DNA from: Bacteriovorax stolpii
GTDB taxonomy: Bacteria; Bdellovibrionota; Bacteriovoracia; Bacteriovoracales; Bacteriovoracaceae
NCBI GenBank assembly: GCA_945860895.1
Contig: CAMASK010000004.1
Location: forward strand, 11,390-75,389
Length of the DNA: 64,000 nt
Direction: 5' to 3'
The position numbers were made by a program, and so were the translations under genes. Shown here piece by piece: positions 1-6,075 of this stretch (the first letter of the stretch is position 1; each line of letters starts with the position of its first letter). The notes under the pieces are model-generated. The model ran no database searches. It saw only the letters and a program-made list of their open reading frames with translations, and had not been told where the DNA came from.

Positions 1-47
1 GTTATTAAATAATGCACCTTGATATTCACAGTTATCCTTGGAAAAGT

Positions 48-230
48 TTAGTGACGGTTAATCATTTTTCTTCCAGTGACCATACTTGCAATAAAACTGA
101 TCACAGCAAGTATCAGAAAGACGAAGAGCAATGTCTTACCGATATCCATCGATAATCCACCGACCCCATTAGCACCTAACAAGATCGCAACCAAGCCTAA
201 AACAAAAAAAGCAATTGCTGCTCGTAACAT
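48..230 (-). CDS. DUF1328 (UPF0391/YtjA-like) small membrane stress protein
   Basis: MLRAAIAFFVLGLVAILLGANGVGGLSMDIGKTLLFVFLILAVISF two-TM pattern. RBS AGGAGAG precedes ATG at 230, so the ORF-track start at 260 is probably too far upstream. Confidence 0.85.
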   Translation of the reverse strand: MLRAAIAFFVLGLVAILLGANGVGGLSMDIGKTLLFVFLILAVISFIASMVTGRKMINRH

Positions 231-278
231 AAACTCTCTCCTTGTAATGTCAGAGATCAAATCTCTTGTAAGACTTCT

Positions 279-294
279 GTCATTTAATGTGCCA
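279..294 (-). promoter_or_regulatory. imperfect sigma54-type -24/-12 motif upstream of DUF1328 gene
   Basis: Minus strand TGGCACATTAAATGAC: strong -24 (TGGCAC), but GA instead of GC at -12; about 40 nt upstream of the RBS. Confidence 0.4.
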
Positions 295-384
295 ATAATT
301 ACACCTTGAAAAATTAGGTAGTTACCAAATTCATTTCATTTTAAAGGGGCATTCTACCTCTCGAAATTATCCATTTTGACTCAC

Positions 385-633
385 TCATTTCGTTTTCAAT
401 GGTGATCGATTCTTAAAAGTATTTTCCAATTTGTTTTTTAAAAGATCATAACCTTCTGCAAGATCTTCTCTTAATTTAAAAATATCATCTCGGATAACTT
501 TTGCTTGTTCGTTTAAGTTTTTATCATTCAAAACTTTTTCACTTTCTTCACGTTTATTTTTCTTTGCATTAGTAGCTAAAACTTTGGCAGCATGTGCTCT
601 TCTGTTATTGTCGATTAACTTGGTTGTCGTCAT
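385..633 (-). CDS. small helical hypothetical protein, weakly ElaB/YqjD (DUF883)-like but without a C-terminal TM anchor
   Basis: Strong RBS GGAGGA before ATG at 633 (MTTTKLIDNN); charged amphipathic segment IRDDIFKLREDLAEGYDLLKNKL. Confidence 0.7.
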   Translation of the reverse strand: MTTTKLIDNNRRAHAAKVLATNAKKNKREESEKVLNDKNLNEQAKVIRDDIFKLREDLAEGYDLLKNKLENTFKNRSPLKTK

Positions 634-677
634 CGAATCCTCCTTTTTATGAATTGAATTTCCTTTTTTATATTTTC

Positions 678-693
678 TGCAAAGTCGGGACCA
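678..693 (-). promoter_or_regulatory. sigma54-type -24/-12 promoter for the 385..633 gene
   Basis: Minus strand TGGTCCCGACTTTGCA (GG-N10-GC, TTGCA at -12), about 35 nt upstream of the RBS. Confidence 0.6.
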
Positions 694-710
694 CACATTT
701 ACTTTTGTTT

Positions 711-726
711 TGGCACTTTATATGCA
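711..726 (+). promoter_or_regulatory. sigma54-type -24/-12 promoter for csbD-like gene
   Basis: TGGCACTTTATATGCA, near-consensus TGGCAC-N7-TGCA. RBS GGGAGGA at 746-752, ATG at 755. Confidence 0.7.
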
Positions 727-754
727 AATTTAAATTTCATAACCGGGAGGATTT

Positions 755-1108
755 ATGCTTTCTTCAAGTCAAATCAAAGGAAAATGGGCAGAGATTAAAG
801 GCGGAGTAAGAAATTTATGGGGTGAAATTACAGAAGATGAGATTGAGCAGACCAAAGGTAATCTGTACTCTCTTACAGGGATCGTTCAACAAAAATATGG
901 AGAATCTAAGGAGAGCATAATACAAAAATTAGATCGTTTAATCACATCTTTTGATAATGAAACTGATAAAAGTTTAAAGATCAATGATGGCGAAGCATCT
1001 TATCAAAGAAACCCAACAGGGGTAAGATCGCAAAATTTAAATCAAGTAGACACAGATGAAATATACAATGAGAGTCGGCCTTCAGAGGATCGTATTAGTC
1101 GTCACTAA
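755..1108 (+). CDS. CsbD/YjbJ family general stress protein with hydrophilic C-terminal extension
   Basis: QIKGKWAEIKGGVRNLWGEITEDEIEQTKGNLYSLTGIVQQKYG matches the CsbD/YjbJ pattern; strong RBS. Confidence 0.9.
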   Translation: MLSSSQIKGKWAEIKGGVRNLWGEITEDEIEQTKGNLYSLTGIVQQKYGESKESIIQKLDRLITSFDNETDKSLKINDGEASYQRNPTGVRSQNLNQVDTDEIYNESRPSEDRISRH

Positions 1109-1862
1109 GTATTTTAGTAAGATAACAGTATTTTCTAATTACCATTTGTAGATTTAAAGAATCTTTTTTAAAGCCAAAATAAGGTACAAAAGAATAATTT
1201 TCTTTTACATGCTTTAAAAATTTTTGTCCTCTTTCATAATTCAATAACCTGGTATCTAAGGGATGGTTACTATCAATCAATCTTAGAGCATAGCCATTCG
1301 CTACCGTCTTCATATCTAAAATCAAAAAAGCATGTGAGGAAACACCCTTGATTTGGGCCATGATCCATACAGGAGTGGGTGAGTTTTGAAATTGAGCGTA
1401 TAAAATATCCATTCTTGCGATCATGTCATCTGAACTTAATTCAGATCTACCAGATATTCCTCTAAGCCATTGCTGATTTAAAAATCCATCTTCTCTTTGC
1501 CAAGCCTCCAGAAATTGCTGAACTTCCTTGGAAAAAAAATTAGTAAAAGAATTGAAATCTTCAAAACCGGGTATTACAACAACTGACTTCATTGCCTTAA
1601 TTTTTTTGAGTATTTTAATGGCCTCTTCAGAAGTTGGTATACTCATCTTAGGTTCAAATTCTACCAAATAGGCTGATGATCTTTGTAATCTGGAATGCCA
1701 CCAACAAACTCCGCCATTCAATAGGCCACCATGATTTTTAAAATTAATTCTTGAAGTGCTATCTTCTAGGTAATTGCTGATTCCTCCTTCAATTCTCTGG
1801 CACAAGGTTTGAGCACTGGATTCTAAAGACGCCAAGATCAAGAAAAAAAAGAATAATTTCAT
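1095..1862 (-). CDS. secreted hypothetical protein, possible papain-like Cys-His-Asp fold
   Basis: Signal peptide MKLFFFFLILASLESSA from ATG 1862; motifs GGVCWWHSR, SSHAFLI, LIDSN. The ORF-track extension to 2006 overlaps the SET gene and is unlikely. Confidence 0.7.
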   Translation of the reverse strand: MKLFFFFLILASLESSAQTLCQRIEGGISNYLEDSTSRINFKNHGGLLNGGVCWWHSRLQRSSAYLVEFEPKMSIPTSEEAIKILKKIKAMKSVVVIPGFEDFNSFTNFFSKEVQQFLEAWQREDGFLNQQWLRGISGRSELSSDDMIARMDILYAQFQNSPTPVWIMAQIKGVSSHAFLILDMKTVANGYALRLIDSNHPLDTRLLNYERGQKFLKHVKENYSFVPYFGFKKDSLNLQMVIRKYCYLTKILSDD

Positions 1863-1868
1863 GCCAAA

Positions 1869-1897
1869 AGCATAGAAAAATACAAGAAGGATGACAA
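1869..1897 (-). promoter_or_regulatory. sigma70-type promoter, probably leaderless
   Basis: TTGTCA-17nt-TATGCT followed 6 nt later by ATG 1862; no RBS. Confidence 0.6.
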
Positions 1898-1918
1898 ATT
1901 TTCGTTTAAGATAATTCA

Positions 1919-2506
1919 ATGCTCCATCCTCACACAGAATTAAAATTTGTTTCAGAAGAAATTGGATATGGGATATTCGCAACTTGCCGCATCCCCATTG
2001 GAACAATTATGTGGGTTAAGGATGAGCTAGATAGAATAATCCTGAAAGAAGATCTATCCAAACTGACTCCTGCCAATCTTGAAAATTTAATGAAATATTC
2101 ATATCGCAATTCTCTGGGTAACTTTGTTTTCTGTTGGGATCTTACTCGATACGTGAATCATAGCTATCATCCAAATTCAATCCTGACGCCATTGGGCTTT
2201 GAAATATCAGTCAGGGATATTGAGCCAGGGGAAGAAATTACAAATGACTATGGAACCTTGAATATCATTGAACCATTTCAATGCGCCAATGGTCCTGCTC
2301 ATGAAAGAGAATTTGTCTGTCCTGATGACCTGTCCCGCCATTATAAAGTTTGGGATGAACAGATTCGACTGGCCTTTAAATTGATTAGCACAGTGGACCA
2401 ACCCTTACAGAAGTTTTTAACTCACCTTCAAAATGATGAGATTAGTTTAATTAACCGGGGTGAAGCAATGATCCCATCGGTTTTAAATAATCTGTATCGA
2501 CTTTAA
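1919..2506 (+). CDS. SET domain protein-lysine methyltransferase
   Basis: GYGIFAT (SAM motif I), YVNHSYHPN (NHSCxPN motif), GEEITNDYG (EELxxDY motif). Confidence 0.88.
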   Translation: MLHPHTELKFVSEEIGYGIFATCRIPIGTIMWVKDELDRIILKEDLSKLTPANLENLMKYSYRNSLGNFVFCWDLTRYVNHSYHPNSILTPLGFEISVRDIEPGEEITNDYGTLNIIEPFQCANGPAHEREFVCPDDLSRHYKVWDEQIRLAFKLISTVDQPLQKFLTHLQNDEISLINRGEAMIPSVLNNLYRL

Positions 2507-2530
2507 CTGTCTTTTCACCTTGTTAATTTT

Positions 2531-2546
2531 TGGCATGTTTTATGCT
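2531..2546 (+). promoter_or_regulatory. sigma54-type -24/-12 promoter
   Basis: TGGCATGTTTTATGCT (GG-N10-GC), followed by RBS-like GAGGT at 2564-2568. Confidence 0.6.
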
Positions 2547-2566
2547 AATTTACCTCACAAATAGAG

Positions 2567-2785
2567 GTGTGCATCATAGAACAAGACAAAGAAAAATCAC
2601 ACACTCAGCACCATGGAGCCCATAGTGGGACGAGGAAAGGTATTTCTGACTATAATGATGGAGGAGATCTTTCCCATTATGGGGGAAATGATGACATTCA
2701 TAAACAAGACCCTGAATCAGCCAATAAAACTAAAAGTGATGAAATCGGAAAAATTGCTTACGGTAATGATAACGAAGATGGATAA
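2567..2785 (+). CDS. small hydrophilic (His/Gly/Asp-rich) hypothetical protein, start uncertain
   Basis: Open frame EQDKEKSHTQHHGAHSG...GNDNEDG behind a sigma54 motif and GAGGT. The GTG start lies inside the RBS; the best-spaced codon is ATA at 2576. Confidence 0.45.
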   Translation: MCIIEQDKEKSHTQHHGAHSGTRKGISDYNDGGDLSHYGGNDDIHKQDPESANKTKSDEIGKIAYGNDNEDG

Positions 2786-2790
2786 CAGTT

Positions 2791-3612
2791 TTATAAAACC
2801 ATGTCGCTAATAAGATAATCTCTAAAGTATTTAACTTCAGTTGCTAATCCTATGGCATTAAGTTTTCTTCTCGAATTTAAATCGTATGATGAATCAACAG
2901 TGGATGCGCTTCCGCCCCAAATTACCCCAATAACTTCACCCCGATTATTAAGGGCCGGACTTCCGGAATTACCGCTAATAATAGGACAATTTTCCAAAAA
3001 AAGAGAAGCCCTTTCATTTTCATCCACTACTGTGCAGGAAAATTCAGTAATCCTCGAATCTAGTAAATTGCCAGGTATACTATCTAGTCCAGTCTGATCA
3101 ATTACCCATGTAGAAATTAAATCATCTGCTACTGCGGGAGTATCTGCGAGGAGAAAAAAATCGTCTGAATAATTATCAGTGATTTCCATTACCGTAAAAT
3201 CTAGTTTTCGATTTGGATCGTTTGGGTCGCCTATGTCTTCAATGGTTTTAACTATTGACTTGCATTTAGTTTGCATGTGATTACTACCTGTATAAATAGC
3301 AAGATATGTATTGGAACATTGTTGCTGAGTTGCCACGCAATGGTGGTTAGTAACAAGTCTAGAAGTAGAAATCATGAACCCTGTACATACAGATGATCGA
3401 TCCGGTTTCACTTTATTAATAATGAAAATTCTTGCTATCCCATTTGGACAAATTCCACCTAGTGAAGCACATTCAAAATTTTGATTTTTTAAAACTTCTT
3501 GAATTTCTAATTCAGTAATTAAGGGTTTAGGTTTGTTTGAATCATTGGTCTTTCCACAAGAATAACTTGAAACCAAAAATATAAATAATGCAACATGGGA
3601 AATGGTCTTCAT
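2791..3612 (-). CDS. trypsin-like (S1) serine protease, lipoprotein
   Basis: Catalytic motifs TNHHC, LDFTVME, GNSGSP; lipobox SSYSC in the signal peptide; RBS AGAGG. Confidence 0.9.
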   Translation of the reverse strand: MKTISHVALFIFLVSSYSCGKTNDSNKPKPLITELEIQEVLKNQNFECASLGGICPNGIARIFIINKVKPDRSSVCTGFMISTSRLVTNHHCVATQQQCSNTYLAIYTGSNHMQTKCKSIVKTIEDIGDPNDPNRKLDFTVMEITDNYSDDFFLLADTPAVADDLISTWVIDQTGLDSIPGNLLDSRITEFSCTVVDENERASLFLENCPIISGNSGSPALNNRGEVIGVIWGGSASTVDSSYDLNSRRKLNAIGLATEVKYFRDYLISDMVL

Positions 3613-3846
3613 CGGTTACCTCTCTTTGAGAATAAAGGTAACTTGAAGAGTCAATCATCACTAAGAGCGAGATTTAATGATTTTTTATGCGGGTAAACAT
3701 ATGTTCGAATTTTCGCGGCATCGTAAGTTTTACAACGCATCCACGCTTTCCGATTTTGGAAATCTCTTTTGAAAAAATTGATATTGATGTCGCATCAATG
3801 AAACTTACCTCCGTCAAATCAATGTGGATTTCATGTTGATGAAAAA

Positions 3847-4146
3847 ATGCAAGAGCTTATGAATTTAATCGACAATGCCATTGATTATAGTCCCCAAGGT
3901 AAAACCATCGACATCTTTCTCACTTTTCAAAGCCCAAATTTAATTATCAAAATAAAAGACAATGGCCCAGGTATTTCAGAGGAAATGCTACCTAGGTTAT
4001 TTGTTCGATTTGCCAGAGGAAGTAATAATAAGCTCAAAGGTACTGGCTTAGGTCTTTCCATTACTAAAAAGATTATTGAAATGCACAAAGGAGAAATAAG
4101 TTTAGTGGAATATAAAAATGGAACAACATTTCAAATCATTCTTTAA
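3847..4146 (+). pseudogene. stand-alone histidine kinase ATPase (HATPase_c) domain, probably a truncated sensor kinase
   Basis: N box NLIDNAIDY, G1 DNGPGI, F box LFVRF, G2 GTGLGLSI. In-frame TGA at 3799-3801 excludes an upstream HisKA or sensor domain. Confidence 0.6.
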
Positions 4147-4159
4147 TTTTGATCTTAAA

Positions 4160-4236
4160 TGGCGCAGTCGGCACGATTCGAACGTGCGACCTCTTGATTC
4201 GTAGTCAAGTGCTCTATCCAACTAAGCTACGACTGC
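4160..4236 (-). tRNA. tRNA-Arg(ACG)
   Basis: 77 nt; acceptor GCAGTCG/CGACTGC, anticodon arm CTTGA-CTACGAA-TCAAG, T-loop TTCGAAT, encoded CCA. Confidence 0.97.
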
Positions 4237-4257
4237 GCTGAAGACTTGAAGGTTTAG

Positions 4258-4286
4258 TTTTTAAACAAGATTAAGCAATTATGCAA
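4258..4286 (-). promoter_or_regulatory. possible sigma70 promoter for tRNA-Arg
   Basis: TTGCAT-17nt-TAAAAA about 20 nt upstream of the tRNA 5' end. Confidence 0.35.
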
Positions 4287-4510
4287 GACAGAAATGTAAT
4301 AACCCTGTAAACAATATTGTGCCGCAATAGTAAAATTCCCTCTGGATAAACTATATCAATGAGATATCTCCCTTTTTATTCTAAGGGAAAAGAACATACA
4401 AATTATCTATTGAATTTGATTGAAACGACAAACAATGCTCTAGTGAACAATTCAAGAAAATGGCAAAAAATTTTAATTAAAATTAGATAAAAAAATGAAT
4501 TAGTGAAAAG

Positions 4511-4600
4511 TGGCGGAGACGATGAGATTTGAACTCATGGAAGGAATTACCCTTCGCACCCTTAGCAAGGGTGTGGTTTAAGCCACTCACCCACGTCTCC
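4511..4600 (-). tRNA. tRNA-Ser(GCT)
   Basis: 90 nt, long variable arm, anticodon arm CACCC-TTGCTAA-GGGTG, encoded CCA. Confidence 0.97.
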
Positions 4601-4653
4601 GCTAATATGGCTTAGAAACAACTTACCAAGATCTGAATTTTAAACAAAAAAAG

Positions 4654-4743
4654 TGGCGGAGGACTAGGGATTCGAACCCCAGGTAGGCGTTAACCCACGA
4701 CAGTTTTCAAAACTGTTGCCTTAAACCGCTCGGCCAGTCCTCC
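4654..4743 (-). tRNA. tRNA-Ser(TGA)
   Basis: 90 nt, long variable arm, anticodon arm ACAGT-TTTGAAA-ACTGT, encoded CCA. Confidence 0.97.
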
Positions 4744-4789
4744 ACTACAGGACATTAAATATAAAGAAAGTTCGGAAAAATGACAATGG

Positions 4790-6064
4790 CTATTTGCGGA
4801 TCTCTTTCATCCCACCCATATATGGCCAAAGAACTTCTGGAATCTGCACCGATCCGTCTTTTTGTTGATAGTTTTCCAAGATTGCTACTACGGTACGCCC
4901 TACAGCGAGCCCAGAACCATTTAGCGTGTGTACAAACTCTGGCTTTCCTTCCTTGTTACGGAAGCGAATATTCGCTCGACGCGCCTGAAAATCACCACAA
5001 TTTGAGATGGATGAGATTTCACGATACTTATTCTGACTCGGAACCCAAACTTCTAGGTCATACGTTTTTTGCGATGCGAAACCAATATCACCCGAACAAA
5101 GAGCGATGGCCCTGTAGGGGAGATTCAATTTTTCTAATATCTCTGTTGAACTGGCCAGCATCTTCTGGTGAATTTCTTCTGATTGAGAAGGCAAACAAAT
5201 TGAAACCATTTCAACTTTATTAAATTGATGCATACGAATCAGACCTTTCACGTCTTTTCCGTGAGAACCAGCCTCGGAACGAAAACAGGGAGAATAGGCA
5301 GCATACAAAATAGGGAATTCAGATTCTTCTGAAATTGTTTCACGCTTAATATTAGTGAGAGTTACTTCTGAAGTTGGAATTAAATACCAAGGTTGTTCAG
5401 AATTTAACTTAAAAAGTTGATCTTCAAATTTTGGAAGATTTCCCGTTCCAAATAATGATCTTTCATGAGCAATGAAAGGAGTCATCATTTCAGTGAAACC
5501 TTTAGAAATCTGATGATCGAGCATGAAATTAATCAGGGCCCTTTCAAGTCGAGCAATGCCTGATTTATAAATGACAAAACGCGCTCCAGTAATTTTTGCA
5601 GCCGTTTCAAAATCAAGCATTCCCAGTTTTTCACCAATGTCCGCGTGATCTGCTGGAGTAAAATCAAAATTACGTGGATGACCCCATTTTTTAACTTCTA
5701 CGTTGTCGTCTTCTGATTTGCCAACAGGAGTCGCAGCATCTAATAAATTTGGTATGCCTGCAAGAATAGAAAACTGTTTATTCTGAACTTCTTCAAGTTC
5801 GTTGGCTTCTTTTTCCATGTCATTTTTAAAAGTTGCAACTTGAGACATTAAATTAGAAGCGTCTTGTTTGTTCTTTTTAAGTTCACCTATTTCACGTGAC
5901 AGTTTATTAATTTCTGCTTTCTTGGTTTCAGAAGCAGTTGTTAAAATTTTTCTTTGTTTGTTAAGTTCAACGATTTGATCCAGAATTGAAATATCAAAAT
6001 TTCTATTACCTAGATTTTTTTTAACAGCTTCAAAATCGTTTTCGATTTTTTTAATATCCAACAT
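4790..6064 (-). CDS. serS: seryl-tRNA synthetase
   Basis: MLDIK N-terminus, coiled-coil arm, YLIPTSEV, FRSEAGSHGKDVKGLIRMHQFNKVE, EISSISNCGDFQARR, TLNGSGLAVGR. Confidence 0.98.
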   Translation of the reverse strand: MLDIKKIENDFEAVKKNLGNRNFDISILDQIVELNKQRKILTTASETKKAEINKLSREIGELKKNKQDASNLMSQVATFKNDMEKEANELEEVQNKQFSILAGIPNLLDAATPVGKSEDDNVEVKKWGHPRNFDFTPADHADIGEKLGMLDFETAAKITGARFVIYKSGIARLERALINFMLDHQISKGFTEMMTPFIAHERSLFGTGNLPKFEDQLFKLNSEQPWYLIPTSEVTLTNIKRETISEESEFPILYAAYSPCFRSEAGSHGKDVKGLIRMHQFNKVEMVSICLPSQSEEIHQKMLASSTEILEKLNLPYRAIALCSGDIGFASQKTYDLEVWVPSQNKYREISSISNCGDFQARRANIRFRNKEGKPEFVHTLNGSGLAVGRTVVAILENYQQKDGSVQIPEVLWPYMGGMKEIRK

Positions 6065-6075
6065 AGAACACCCAT

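Noticed and set aside
1863-2006. N-terminal extension of the 1095..2006 ORF
   Set aside because: Overlaps the divergent SET gene; a signal peptide and promoter fit ATG 1862.
2613-2810. Alternative 65-aa Met-rich ORF
   Set aside because: No RBS, overlaps the convergent protease stop, and competes with the frame that follows the promoter and RBS; not excluded absolutely.
1-4146. Calling the left block a genomic island
   Set aside because: No att repeat, integrase or obvious composition shift visible; kept only as a hypothesis in the findings.
4654-4743. Possible selenocysteine tRNA
   Set aside because: Anticodon is TGA (reads UCA, Ser), not TCA; 90 nt with a normal 7-bp acceptor stem.
4780-5223. 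147-aa ORF antisense to serS, and similar shadow ORFs (e.g. 12798..13364, 12677..13180, 48101..48400, 2207..2401, 76..309)
   Set aside because: They lie within well-supported genes on the other strand or frame, with no motifs or RBS; expected by-products of codon bias.
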